Counted from the first letter of the stretch, positions 37,792-47,533 are shown. The stretch: 64,000 nt of DNA from an uncultured Candidatus Saccharibacteria bacterium (GCA_964544225.1 CAZIZK010000004.1:883-64882), one strand, 5' to 3'. Numbers and translations: made by a program. The notes: generated from the sequence alone by a model not told the origin.

Positions 37792-38367
37792 ATGAATCGT
37801 ATTGATAAAATTTCATATGATGAATTATCAGCAATTAGGGCAGGGATAATTGAAGCATATTCATTAATCTCTAAAATGGAATTTAAGCCACCAGGCAGCA
37901 AGGATAACTTGGCTTATAAAAAACTAAAAGATGCAATTGAAGAAATAACAACTCATGAAATTTCTGAATCTAGTTTATTTGAATTGTTTTATGATGACAC
38001 AAAATCAGCTTTTCGGAGAATTAGATTAGATGCTTTTTATAAATTTATTTCAAGTCAGGTAAAACCTAGAAAAAGAGAAATAAATCAAGATGAAATAATT
38101 GCAATTGAAAAGTATTTCAATGAAAGATACAAACTGCTTATCAAATTGCCAGAAAGTGAATTAAATAGGGTATATCTAACACTTTTAGATATAGAGAAAC
38201 TTCAAAATTTTAAATTATTGTCTTATAAATTAGGAGACATAAAATGGGACAGAATTCTAGAAAGATTTAAAGCAAACAGTAAAATTATTTCAGGAATTCG
38301 CCTTACTGCAGATGCAATATACTTCCTGCCCTACCCCAACTGCGAGCAGAAGTCTTTTTTATTGTAA
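37792..38367 (+). CDS. hypothetical protein (orphan, AT-rich region)
   Basis: MNRIDKISYDELSAIRAG... 191 aa from the internal ATG; track ORF starts at 37729. Confidence 0.35.
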   Translation: MNRIDKISYDELSAIRAGIIEAYSLISKMEFKPPGSKDNLAYKKLKDAIEEITTHEISESSLFELFYDDTKSAFRRIRLDAFYKFISSQVKPRKREINQDEIIAIEKYFNERYKLLIKLPESELNRVYLTLLDIEKLQNFKLLSYKLGDIKWDRILERFKANSKIISGIRLTADAIYFLPYPNCEQKSFLL

Positions 38368-38549
38368 TGTTTACTGTTTCCCCAGCCTTAATCACAATTC
38401 TACCTGAATCTCCATGTATGTCTTTGCCGACATATGCTCTTATCTGATCGTTCCAGTCACTACAGATTGTATGAGTAAAAATAATTGGAACTAATGTTCC
38501 TCCTGAAAGAATGTCGGTTTTCTGAGCAAAAAGTTGAGTTGCACAGGTA
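38314..38549 (-). pseudogene. start-less ORF fragment adjacent to tRNA-Asn (possible gene remnant)
   Basis: Minus-strand frame SNTCATQLFAQKTDILSGGTLVPIIFTHTICSDWNDQIRAYVGKDIHGDSGRIVIKAGETVNITIKK... has no ATG/GTG/TTG start after the upstream stop. Confidence 0.2.
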
Positions 38550-38746
38550 TTGGATTACGTTATTTCTTTCTCAGCTTTGGTTAAAAGAATATCCGACTAT
38601 TTTAAAAATGCCTTAGATTCTGAAAAAAATCTAATTGTAATAAATGTGTTTTCCGAACTTTATTTAAAAGATGGAGAATTGGAATATGTAGCAAAAGATG
38701 GGATTGAAGCACTTTTAAAGCGATTTGACACTCAATATTCGCAATC

Positions 38747-38821
38747 TGGCTCCCCGGGTAGGGATCGAACCTACGACCTTAGAATTAACAGTTCTCTGCT
38801 CTGCCGCTGAGCTACCGGGGA
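38747..38821 (-). tRNA. tRNA-Asn (GTT)
   Basis: Minus strand: tccccggtagctcagcggcagagcagagaactGTTaattctaaggtcgtaggttcgatccctacccggggagcca. Acceptor UCCCCGG/CCGGGGA, anticodon loop cuGUUaa, encoded CCA. Track ORF 38550..38810 runs through it and is not credible at its 3' end. Confidence 0.85.
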
Positions 38822-38968
38822 ATATTTACCTACAAAACATGCTCTAAAAGAGCTTCTGTCATACTACCAAAAATGAGCCAAAAATGCAAAATGTCTGTTT
38901 ATATAACAAGGTAATAAAAAACTGTTCCAAGCATAGCCTGAAACAGTTCTCAAATCAAATTCTAAAAA

Positions 38969-40282
38969 TTACTTCCACATGATTACTTCATCCTTTCCCG
39001 GACCAACAGATATCATGTACAGCATGACACCCAATTCTTTGTAAATGTATTCGAAATACATAAACGCATTATGAGGTAAATCTTCATGACATGTACAGCC
39101 TTTTGTAGGGCCTTCATTACACCAACCATCGAAAGTCTTATATATTGGTTTAATATTGTCCGTTTCGCGAACCATATCAAAATCCAAAATATATTTCTCT
39201 TCATCGTTTAACTCATAATGAGTACATACTTTTATGTTTTCAAATGTTGGTATGTCTAAAATATCAGCTTTAACAATCACAAGGTCGGTAACACCATTTA
39301 TCATGCAGGCATAACGTAGTGCAGGTAGATCCAGCCATCCAGTAGAACGTGCGCGCCCTGTACGGGCACCAAATTCGTGTCCAGCTTGGCGGAGCTTTTC
39401 GTCCAACTCTTTATCAAGTTTTGTTGGAAAAGGTCCATTACCCACACGCGTAGTATAAGCCTTGGTCACACCGAACACTTTGCGTACACTTTGTGCAGGT
39501 ATTCCTAACTCGCCTGGTACAGCAGATGCTAAACATCGTGAAGATGTAGCAAATGGATATGTACCAAATTGGATATCAAGCATTGTAGCCTGAGCCCCTT
39601 CGGACAAAACATCTTTACCTTCGCCTAAAACTTCATTTACAAAGGCTGGTGTGTTTACACAATTGTCTTTGTAATTCTCTAGGATAAAATCTACGGCTTC
39701 AAAGAATTTATGAAGTGGATTATTGATTTCCTCTTCATAATTTATTTTATAACCAAACAACATTTCAGCATGCTTGATATGCTTTTCTACCAGAGCATGA
39801 ACTTTGTCAGAAAAATCTGGATAAAACATATCACCAACTCTTATACCAACGCGACCAGCTTTGTCACGATAAACAGGTCCTATACCTTGGCAGGTTGATC
39901 CGATAGCGTCTTTGCCTTTACTTGCTTCTTCGGCTTTGTCGAGCATGATATGTGAAGGTAGTATAAGGTGTGCACCTTTACCTAAAAAGAAATTCTTTTT
40001 AGTATTGGCGCCATATTTTTCTACCTTTGCAATTTCATCCACAAGTAAACTCGGGTTAACAACCATACCACAAGCTGAAAGCGACGGTATAGAAAAGATA
40101 GTACAAGGAATAGTGTTCAATACCACCTCATCACCACCTATATAAAGTGAGTGTCCAGCATTCGGTCCACCATGTGGCCGAACACCAAGTGCATAATTAG
40201 GGGCCAGACCGTGAACGATCTTTCCCTTTCCTTCGTCACCCCATTGTAGGCCAACGACAATATCTACGTGTCCTTTTTTCAT
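38969..40282 (-). CDS. purA: adenylosuccinate synthetase
   Basis: VVGLQWGDEGKGKIV, GHSL, GIGPVYRDK, TTRVGNGPFPTKL. Confidence 0.95.
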   Translation of the reverse strand: MKKGHVDIVVGLQWGDEGKGKIVHGLAPNYALGVRPHGGPNAGHSLYIGGDEVVLNTIPCTIFSIPSLSACGMVVNPSLLVDEIAKVEKYGANTKKNFFLGKGAHLILPSHIMLDKAEEASKGKDAIGSTCQGIGPVYRDKAGRVGIRVGDMFYPDFSDKVHALVEKHIKHAEMLFGYKINYEEEINNPLHKFFEAVDFILENYKDNCVNTPAFVNEVLGEGKDVLSEGAQATMLDIQFGTYPFATSSRCLASAVPGELGIPAQSVRKVFGVTKAYTTRVGNGPFPTKLDKELDEKLRQAGHEFGARTGRARSTGWLDLPALRYACMINGVTDLVIVKADILDIPTFENIKVCTHYELNDEEKYILDFDMVRETDNIKPIYKTFDGWCNEGPTKGCTCHEDLPHNAFMYFEYIYKELGVMLYMISVGPGKDEVIMWK

Positions 40283-40340
40283 ATTTTTTCAATTAAAGTT
40301 TTCTTCACTTTATGCTCATGCGCAAGTAAAGTCAATAGAG

Positions 40341-41828
40341 TTATTTTGTATAATTTGGAGCTTCTTTGGTAATAGTAATATTGTGTGGGTGACTTTCCTT
40401 CATACCTGAAGCAGTTATCTTGTTGAATTGGGCATTCCAAAGTGTCTTTATATCTTTCGCGCCAGCATAGCCCATACCTGATCGTAGTCCCCCAACATAC
40501 TGATAAATTATCTCAGACACTGTCCCCTTGTAAGGCACAATACCTACGATACCTTCGGGCACCAACTTGCTTGCCTCCTTCTCTTTGTCTTGGAAATATC
40601 TATCCTTTGAACCTTCTTGCATAGCCTCTACTGAGCCCATGCCTCGATAGCTCTTGAACTTGCGTCCATCAAGTAGTGTTACTTCACCCGGAGCCTCTTC
40701 AGTACCGGCAAATAGTGAACCTGCCATGATAAGTGATGCACCGGCTACGAGTGCCTTTACCATGTCGCCACTGTATCTGATACCACCGTCGGCGATCACT
40801 GGTGTGTCTAGTCGTGCTTTGCGAAGTGCGTCTACTGCATTCATCACAGCAGATAGTTGTGGCACACCAATACCCGATATAATACGTGTTGTACATATGG
40901 ACCCTGGGCCCACGCCCACCTTTACCGCGTCGGCACCGGCACGAGCAAGTGCTACTGCACCCTCGCCTATGGCAACATTACCTACTATTAGTTGTGCGTT
41001 CTTGAACTTCTTCTTTATAGTCTTTACTGCATCGATAATACCCTTTGAGTGGCCATGTGCACTGTCTAGCACCATGACATCTACACCTGCATCTATAAGG
41101 GCACTTACACGTTCCATCATGTCAGGGCTCACCCCTATAGCTGCACCTACGCGTAGTCGGCCACGAGTATCCTTGCAAGCGTTTGGATATATTTCTTTAT
41201 TCAATACGTCTTTGTATGTAATGAGTCCAACTAGTTTGCCAGCCTTGTCTACTATTGGCAATTTCTTTATACGGTTTGACTCCAAGATCTTCTTTGCTTC
41301 ATTCATTGAGCAACTCTGACCTGCTGTGATAAGGTCGCGAGTCATAACTGAAGAAACAGATTTTGATAAGTCAGATGTAGCGCGCATATCACGGCCTGTG
41401 ATAATACCTACGAGCTTGCCATCATTGTCTAGTATTGGCACTCCACCAATATTCTTGTTCTTCATTAATTTATTTGCGTCGGCTAAAGTTGCATTTGTGT
41501 TCAGAGTAAATGGGTCTTCGATAATTGCATTCTCGAACCTCTTTACTGTACGCACTTCGCTAGCTTGTTGGTCGATAGACATGTTCTTGTGGATAATACC
41601 CAGGCCCCCGTTCTGAGCTACAGCTATAGCAAGCCTGCTCTCGGTTACAGTATCCATAGCCGCAGATATAATAGGAATATTGAGTTCAATAGTCTTTGTT
41701 AATTTTGTCTTTATAGACACATCACGAGGCAGTACCTCGGAGTATGCAGGCACAACCAGCACGTCATCGAAAGTCAATGACTCTGCTATTGGAGTCCTCT
41801 TTGGGGCTCTTGGTGCTACCTTTTTCAT
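40341..41828 (-). CDS. guaB: IMP dehydrogenase (with CBS pair)
   Basis: Start at MKKVAPRAPKRTPIAESLTFDDVLVVPAYSEV (ATG 41828). CBS domains. GIGPGSICTTR catalytic Cys loop. GGIRYSGDMVKAL. The track extension to 42017 overlaps the next gene. Confidence 0.9.
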   Translation of the reverse strand: MKKVAPRAPKRTPIAESLTFDDVLVVPAYSEVLPRDVSIKTKLTKTIELNIPIISAAMDTVTESRLAIAVAQNGGLGIIHKNMSIDQQASEVRTVKRFENAIIEDPFTLNTNATLADANKLMKNKNIGGVPILDNDGKLVGIITGRDMRATSDLSKSVSSVMTRDLITAGQSCSMNEAKKILESNRIKKLPIVDKAGKLVGLITYKDVLNKEIYPNACKDTRGRLRVGAAIGVSPDMMERVSALIDAGVDVMVLDSAHGHSKGIIDAVKTIKKKFKNAQLIVGNVAIGEGAVALARAGADAVKVGVGPGSICTTRIISGIGVPQLSAVMNAVDALRKARLDTPVIADGGIRYSGDMVKALVAGASLIMAGSLFAGTEEAPGEVTLLDGRKFKSYRGMGSVEAMQEGSKDRYFQDKEKEASKLVPEGIVGIVPYKGTVSEIIYQYVGGLRSGMGYAGAKDIKTLWNAQFNKITASGMKESHPHNITITKEAPNYTK

Positions 41829-41856
41829 AACACGATTATAGACTTTTTCCGAGGAT

Positions 41857-41893
41857 ACGTCAAAGAAAACCCGGCCCGTGCTTAAGGCACGGG
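41857..41893. terminator. strong bidirectional terminator
   Basis: aaaACCCGGCCCGTGCttaaGGCACGGGCCGGGTttt (15-bp stem). Confidence 0.75.
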
Positions 41894-41923
41894 CCGGGTT
41901 TTCTGTTTTATATTTCAATATTA

Positions 41924-42847
41924 TTAGTGAGCTACTGCATGACCATGGTCTGCCTTTGGGCGGAGCTGGCGTATCAATAGTATGATCACAAGTATCAGGA
42001 AGAACACACATATCCACTCGAACACTGTGTCTGGTAGAAATGAATCTGTTCCAGATACTGACAATGCACTTAGACTGTTCGCTGATAGGCTTGTACCCTG
42101 TACAGAGTTAGAAGCTACATCGTTTGAAGTTGTGTTTGTATTGTTCGAAGTTGTTGTAGTATTACTTACAGTCGAGTTCTTTGTTGTAGAACTTACATTA
42201 CTATTTGTGTTACTTGTGTCCTTTGTAGAACCTGACACTGTACCACCTGTATTACCCCCAGTACTGCCACCTGTATATATAACCGGTGATGTAGTGATAG
42301 ACATAGTGTTACCTGTAGCACGGCCAGCCTGGTTGTCAGCCACAAGACGGAAGTAGTATGTAGTGTTTGGTAGCAAACCACTAATATTGTTCGTTACAGT
42401 ACCGTTACTTATTGACTGTGTTGTTGTCTGACGATTCATGTTCTGATCAGTACCGTATTGGAAGAATGCTGTTGTCGGAGTTGTACTTTGTACATAACCT
42501 GACAATTTCATAGAGTATGATGCCACCTGTTCTGGGTTGTTTGTTGTTACAGATGCAATAGTCGGATTGTTGTATCCGTTATTACCGTTGTTGTTACCAT
42601 TATTATAATTGTTGTTACCATTGTAGTAGCCATTGCCATTTGTATTCGAGTTGCCACCATTCCATGTTGTCCATGAACCACCTGTATTGTAGAAGTTTAC
42701 AGAACTACCAGGTCCAGAGCCAGTACATGTAGGTACTACTTCGTATTGGTCACAAATACCTGCATTTGCAGATGAGGCAAATCCAAATACTAGGGCCAAT
42801 GTTGCCACTGCCAAAAGTATTGAGTTTTTGTTTGATTTATTTTCCAT
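41924..42847 (-). CDS. secreted Fn3-like domain surface protein with Ser/Thr/Asn-rich stalk and C-terminal LPDTV-TM-basic tail (paralog A)
   Basis: Signal peptide MENKSNKNSILLAVATLALVFGFASSANA. Asn/Gly-rich region. Fn3-like YSMKLSGYVQSTTPTTAFFQYGTDQNMNRQ...ISGLLPNTTYYFRLVADNQAG. S/T/N-rich stalk. ...LPDTVFEWICVFFLILVIILLIRQLRPKADHGHAVAH. Confidence 0.6.
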   Translation of the reverse strand: MENKSNKNSILLAVATLALVFGFASSANAGICDQYEVVPTCTGSGPGSSVNFYNTGGSWTTWNGGNSNTNGNGYYNGNNNYNNGNNNGNNGYNNPTIASVTTNNPEQVASYSMKLSGYVQSTTPTTAFFQYGTDQNMNRQTTTQSISNGTVTNNISGLLPNTTYYFRLVADNQAGRATGNTMSITTSPVIYTGGSTGGNTGGTVSGSTKDTSNTNSNVSSTTKNSTVSNTTTTSNNTNTTSNDVASNSVQGTSLSANSLSALSVSGTDSFLPDTVFEWICVFFLILVIILLIRQLRPKADHGHAVAH

Positions 42848-42853
42848 GGGGGT

Positions 42854-42883
42854 ATTATAGCATACTTAATACCCTTTTGTCAA
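42854..42883 (-). promoter_or_regulatory. consensus promoter TTGACA-18-TATAAT, 6 nt upstream of ATG (leaderless-type) for 41924..42847
   Basis: Minus strand: cTTGACAaaagggtattaagtatgcTATAATacccccATG. Confidence 0.6.
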
Positions 42884-42912
42884 GCCCTGTCGCCTATAGG
42901 CGACAGGGCTTG
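42881..42912. promoter_or_regulatory. perfect 14-4-14 palindrome overlapping the -35 box in a divergent promoter region (candidate operator)
   Basis: CAAGCCCTGTCGCCtataGGCGACAGGGCTTG; left arm overlaps the minus-strand -35, right arm ends in TTGACC facing the plus-strand gene. Confidence 0.5.
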
Positions 42913-42953
42913 ACCACCCTTATTTTATAGGCTTTTTATGCTATACTACCCCT

Positions 42954-43385
42954 ATGGAAGAAATAGATAGATACGATAAAAAAGACAAGAAAGTACTAGT
43001 ATTTGGTGTATTCGACACCCTACATGCAGGGCACACATTCTTCATAGATGAGGCTTCAAAGTATGGAACCAGCCTTGTAATAGTCGTTACCGAGGATGAA
43101 GTAGTGAACAAGATGAAGGACCACTTCCCTAGGAACAACTTGTTCGAAAGAATGCAAACTCTAAAGAAAGCTTACCCAAAGGCCAAAGTCCGCGTGGGTG
43201 ATATGCGCATGGGTGCCTGGACTCCAATATACGAGGAGAAGCCCGATATAGTGGTATGTGGCTATGACCAGGACAAACTATTCCGATCACTTCGTGACCC
43301 CTCAAAGAAATACATATTTAAACGTGTTCAACTAGATAAAAGTCTGAAGAAGACAAAGCTCCATTCGAGTATCATAAACAAGTAG
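42954..43385 (+). CDS. cytidylyltransferase-like nucleotidyltransferase (HIGH-motif family)
   Basis: KVLVFGVFDTLHAGHTFFIDEA (HxGH), 143 aa. Confidence 0.6.
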   Translation: MEEIDRYDKKDKKVLVFGVFDTLHAGHTFFIDEASKYGTSLVIVVTEDEVVNKMKDHFPRNNLFERMQTLKKAYPKAKVRVGDMRMGAWTPIYEEKPDIVVCGYDQDKLFRSLRDPSKKYIFKRVQLDKSLKKTKLHSSIINK

Positions 43386-43455
43386 CCTCCCCTACTTCAT
43401 AACTTTATAAATAAGGTGTACAATAGTACCTGTACTAATTAATTTTTAATATTTT

Positions 43456-44679
43456 ATGCAAAAAAATCCTTTTGAGAATGCAATGATGCAGTTAGCACGT
43501 GCGCAAGCTGTGCAGAGTTTTAATCCAGAGTTCATGTCACGCCTTGCCCAACCTGAACGCGAGATCCGTATTTCTATCCCAGTAACAATGGATGATGGTA
43601 GTCTGAAGATGTACGAAGGTTACCGGGTAGAATACAACTCGGCTCGTGGCCCATACAAAGGCGGTATCCGATTCCACCAAGACACTGACATACATGAAGT
43701 GAAGGCCCTCGCCTTCTGGATGGCACTAAAGTGTGCTGTGGCCAATATCCCTATGGGTGGTGGTAAAGGTGGTATCACAGTGGACCCGAAAGTTCTTTCA
43801 AAGACAGAATTGGAAAAATTGTCTCGTGGTTGGGCCCGCATGATGGCTCCGAACATTGGCCCAGATAAAGATGTGCCTGCTCCAGATGTAAACACTACTC
43901 CAGAGATAATGACTTGGATGAATGACGAGTACATGAGTATCACAGGCGAGAAGACTGGCGCAACATTTACCGGCAAGCCATTGGACAAGGGTGGCTCTGA
44001 AGGCCGTGGCCCTGCTACAGGACTAGGAGGCTTCTACGTATTCGACGCTATCCGTGGCAAATACGGTGTACCTGACAATTCAAAGATAGTGATCCAAGGC
44101 TTCGGCAACGTAGGTGGTAACGCATTTGAAATATTTGAAAATGCTGGCCACACTATAGTCGGTATATCCGACTCAAAGAGTGCAATATACAAGGCCGACG
44201 GTATCACCTATGCCGAGGCAACATCTTGGAAGAAGGAACATGGCAGCTTCATAGGGTTTCCAGGGGCTGTGGAATTATCCAACATGGAACTACTCGAACA
44301 AGAGTGTGATGTATTGATCCCCGCAGCGTTGGAAAACCAGATCACTGAAAATAATGCTAACAATGTAAAAGCAAAGTTCATACTCGAACTTGCAAACGGC
44401 CCTATCACTCCAGAAGCCGACGATATACTACTATCACGTGGTATCCCAGTTGTGCCAGACATATTGGCCAACTCTGGTGGTGTAACAGTGTCTACATATG
44501 AATGGGAACAGAATCTAAAGGGTGAGCACTGGACTGAAGCTGAAGTCTTTGCAAAGTTGAAGGAGAAGTTGGATACCGAATCTAAACTCATCGATGACAA
44601 ATCCCGCACCCTATCTACCGACTTGCGCCGTTCTGCATTCATCGTAGCACTCGAGCGTATTGAGAAAGCTACAAAATAA
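43456..44679 (+). CDS. Glu/Leu/Phe/Val dehydrogenase family (glutamate dehydrogenase)
   Basis: KGGIRFHQD, NIPMGGGKGGITVDP, GFGNVGG NAD-binding loop. Confidence 0.9.
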   Translation: MQKNPFENAMMQLARAQAVQSFNPEFMSRLAQPEREIRISIPVTMDDGSLKMYEGYRVEYNSARGPYKGGIRFHQDTDIHEVKALAFWMALKCAVANIPMGGGKGGITVDPKVLSKTELEKLSRGWARMMAPNIGPDKDVPAPDVNTTPEIMTWMNDEYMSITGEKTGATFTGKPLDKGGSEGRGPATGLGGFYVFDAIRGKYGVPDNSKIVIQGFGNVGGNAFEIFENAGHTIVGISDSKSAIYKADGITYAEATSWKKEHGSFIGFPGAVELSNMELLEQECDVLIPAALENQITENNANNVKAKFILELANGPITPEADDILLSRGIPVVPDILANSGGVTVSTYEWEQNLKGEHWTEAEVFAKLKEKLDTESKLIDDKSRTLSTDLRRSAFIVALERIEKATK

Positions 44680-44706
44680 TTATTAATATAAAAAATAAAA
44701 ATCCCG

Positions 44707-44742
44707 AAGCGAAAGCTTGCGGGATTTTTTTAATTTGTGTTA
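44707..44742. terminator. bidirectional terminator
   Basis: aaaATCCCGaagcgaaagcttgCGGGATttttttaat. Confidence 0.65.
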
Positions 44743-44750
44743 GGTGTGGC

Positions 44751-45428
44751 CTAACTTTGTTTCAAAAGGAAATAGTGGTTTGCTTTGTATGTGCATGGAA
44801 TTTTGGTATGACGCAGATTATAATGCATCTTTCCATCAGATTTTTTACCCATACTTTCCAGGTATATCACATAAATGTGCGGACCTGTTTCGTCGGTCAA
44901 TTCGCAGTAACCGATGTTCAGGTTCTCCTGACCATCTTTTTCTACCTCATTAATCAATACACCCTCACCATAAGTATGATCCAAGATTACATCGTGTGCA
45001 GTCACCAATATTTCATCTAATGATGATAGGCTGCATACATCGAATTTATTGATTATATCAATATCCGACAAACCAGGGTTAATTATTTTATAATGCTCGT
45101 AGGATTGTGGTGCATCTGAAATATTAAAATCTTTTGTGCCGATTTGCATAGCAACAAGACGCTTTGCAATAATAGGATCAATGGAATCAATAACGTGAAA
45201 TTCGTTTGTTATTGTCTGAAAAAAGAAAGGTTCTACTATTGCGGCATCACGGATATATTCACCTATTTTTTTAAACTGAACTTTTTTGTTTTCGGTCAGT
45301 CCAATGTGGATTTGGGAGATTGCTTCCCTGTTTTCAGTAATTCTTTTTTCAAGCATCGCTATCTCGTTCAAGCGATTTCCAACCACTCTATCAAGGATAA
45401 GTGGTTTTACATTTTCTTGTGTGCTCAT
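44751..45428 (-). CDS. hypothetical protein
   Basis: Start taken at ATG 45428 (MSTQENVKPL...). The track ORF begins 16 codons upstream at a TTG. No motif recognised. Confidence 0.35.
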   Translation of the reverse strand: MSTQENVKPLILDRVVGNRLNEIAMLEKRITENREAISQIHIGLTENKKVQFKKIGEYIRDAAIVEPFFFQTITNEFHVIDSIDPIIAKRLVAMQIGTKDFNISDAPQSYEHYKIINPGLSDIDIINKFDVCSLSSLDEILVTAHDVILDHTYGEGVLINEVEKDGQENLNIGYCELTDETGPHIYVIYLESMGKKSDGKMHYNLRHTKIPCTYKANHYFLLKQS

Positions 45429-45533
45429 ACGTATTTTATTTTTTGTTTTGCTACACATTAACACATATTTATACAAAAGTAAATGGGTAAATTTTTAGTA
45501 AATACACACGGTCTGGTATAATACCCGGATGGA

Positions 45534-45653
45534 TCCCGTTAGAAGTCATGTATGTTATTCAGGCTACGGGAAGAATTTTACAGAAATAGTTATTTTATAT
45601 TTTATTATTTAATTTATGTACGATAATCTAAAGATTATCTACTTCTAACGGGA
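45534..45653. mobile_element. MITE-like element copy 1 (120 bp; 12-bp TIR TCCCGTTAGAAG/CTTCTAACGGGA; TSD TGGA), abutting the purH start codon
   Basis: ggaTGGA|TCCCGTTAGAAGtcatg...ctaaagattatctaCTTCTAACGGGA|TGGAaaaac. The purH ATG is formed by the terminal A of the element plus TG of the duplicated TGGA. Confidence 0.65.
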
Positions 45654-47140
45654 TGGAAAAACAAATCAAAACAGCATTAATATCAGTATTTAATAAAGAT
45701 GGCCTCGATGATATTATCCGACTCTTGGACAAAAGTGGGGTCAAAATTATCTCTACAGGTGGCACAGCCGATTTTATCAAAGGCCTAGGTGTAAGTGTGA
45801 CAACAGTAGAAAGTGTCACTGGCTTCCCTTCAGTTTTCGGTGGGCGTGTTAAAACTTTGCAACCACAAATATTTGGCGGAATTCTAAATCGTCGCGACAA
45901 TGCCGATGATATGAAGGAAAAGGCTGAACACAAGATAGAAGATATTGATCTGGTAATAGTGGACCTGTACCCATTCTTTGAAACATTAAAGGCTGGCGGA
46001 ACAGAAGAAGAGATAATTGAAAAGATCGATATAGGTGGAGTGTCGCTGATACGTGCAGCTGCAAAGAATTTTAATGACGTAGTGGTAGTCCCTTCAAAGA
46101 ACCAATACAGCTATCTGAAAAATATTCTAGATGGTGGCACAGTTACAACACTTGAACAACGTAAACACCTAGCTTCAACTGCATTCGAGGTAACAGGTGG
46201 GTACGATATGACTATCTGGTCATATTTTAGTGGAAGTGCGCTTCGCTATGGTGAGAACCCGCATCAAAGTGGCCAGTTCATGGGTGATATGAATAAAGTA
46301 TTCAACATACTGCAAGGTAAAGAACTTTCATACAACAACCTGCTGGACGCAGATGCTGCAATACGCTTAATAAAGGATTTCAATATGCCTGCATTCGCAA
46401 TATTGAAGCATACCAATGCCTGCGGTTGCGCAACTGGTAATATGAGTACATTGGAGCTTTTGAAGAAGGCATATACTACTGACCCAGTGTCTGCATTTGG
46501 TGGCATACTAGTAACCAATCAAAAGGTAGATGCCGACACGGCAAAATATTTGGTAGAAGAAGTTAAATTATTCTTCGAATTACTTATCGCCCCCGAGTTT
46601 ACACCTGAGGCTTTGGAAATATTGAGCAAGAAGACCGATGTCCGCGTATTGAAACTCAACGATTTCGAACTCCCTATGGGTGAGATACGCACATGTCTCA
46701 ATGGCTATCTTGCACAAGACCGTGATGCACAAACCGAAACTGCGGAGAACTTCACCACAGTTACAAAGCGTGCACCAACTGAACAGGAAGTAAGTGATAT
46801 GGTAATAGGTGCAACTATAGCAAAACACTTGAAGTCTAACTGTGTAGTAATAGTAAAAGACGGCAATATGGTAACTATGGGTGCAGGACAAGTGTCACGC
46901 GTAGATGCATTGAAGAATGCATTGGAAAAGGCAAAAGGCTTCGGCCTCGAAGTTGCCGGTGGCATACTTGCTTCGGAAGCATTCCTTCCTTTCCCTGACT
47001 GTGTAGAAATAAGTGGCTCCGCTGGCGTCACCGCTGTGGTACAACCAGGTGGTAGCAAGAAGGACCAGCTATCTATCGACAAATGTGATGAAATGAATAT
47101 GGCTATGGTAACAACCGGCTTCCGACATTTTAAACATTAG
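45653..47140 (+). CDS. purH: bifunctional AICAR transformylase / IMP cyclohydrolase
   Basis: MGS-like N-domain (ALISVFNKDGL...GGTADFI), AICARFT domain; 495 aa. Confidence 0.95.
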   Translation: MEKQIKTALISVFNKDGLDDIIRLLDKSGVKIISTGGTADFIKGLGVSVTTVESVTGFPSVFGGRVKTLQPQIFGGILNRRDNADDMKEKAEHKIEDIDLVIVDLYPFFETLKAGGTEEEIIEKIDIGGVSLIRAAAKNFNDVVVVPSKNQYSYLKNILDGGTVTTLEQRKHLASTAFEVTGGYDMTIWSYFSGSALRYGENPHQSGQFMGDMNKVFNILQGKELSYNNLLDADAAIRLIKDFNMPAFAILKHTNACGCATGNMSTLELLKKAYTTDPVSAFGGILVTNQKVDADTAKYLVEEVKLFFELLIAPEFTPEALEILSKKTDVRVLKLNDFELPMGEIRTCLNGYLAQDRDAQTETAENFTTVTKRAPTEQEVSDMVIGATIAKHLKSNCVVIVKDGNMVTMGAGQVSRVDALKNALEKAKGFGLEVAGGILASEAFLPFPDCVEISGSAGVTAVVQPGGSKKDQLSIDKCDEMNMAMVTTGFRHFKH

Positions 47141-47198
47141 ACCTCTCCTTATTTAAAAACTTTACCCAAAATGAACGATCGTCGATATCAGGTAAAAT

Positions 47199-47231
47199 AA
47201 AAAAAATCCCGAACATCAGTCCGGGATTTTC
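47199..47231. terminator. bidirectional terminator
   Basis: aaaaaaaTCCCGaacatcagtCCGGGAttttc. Confidence 0.6.
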
Positions 47232-47245
47232 AATTTGTTTTTTGT

Positions 47246-47533
47246 TTACATGTTTATGGCACGCATGAATTCCTCCTTCGAAGAAAACAATGTGCCGAAA
47301 AATACAAACATTCCTACAACCAAACTTATAATTGAACCGCCAACAAGAGCAACTTGGTCTTGTGTGGAAGCACGATTAAAATCGGCTGCAAAACTTGGAA
47401 AGTATGTGCTTGCACACATGTAAATTAGGAATGCGCCCAATGCCAGAGCAAAAGCTCTGAATAAGAAAGGTGCAACATGGTCAACGATAGTTTCGATGAC
47501 ACTGAAAACGATTTTTTTAAATTGAATGTTCAT
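47246..47533 (-). CDS. small membrane protein, hypothetical
   Basis: 95 aa, two TM helices. Confidence 0.35.
   Translation of the reverse strand: MNIQFKKIVFSVIETIVDHVAPFLFRAFALALGAFLIYMCASTYFPSFAADFNRASTQDQVALVGGSIISLVVGMFVFFGTLFSSKEEFMRAINM

Noticed and set aside
38550-38810. 86-aa plus-strand ORF
   Set aside because: Its 3' third is the complement of a canonical tRNA-Asn. A protein-coding gene reading through a tRNA is implausible. At most the 5' part could be a small orphan ORF.
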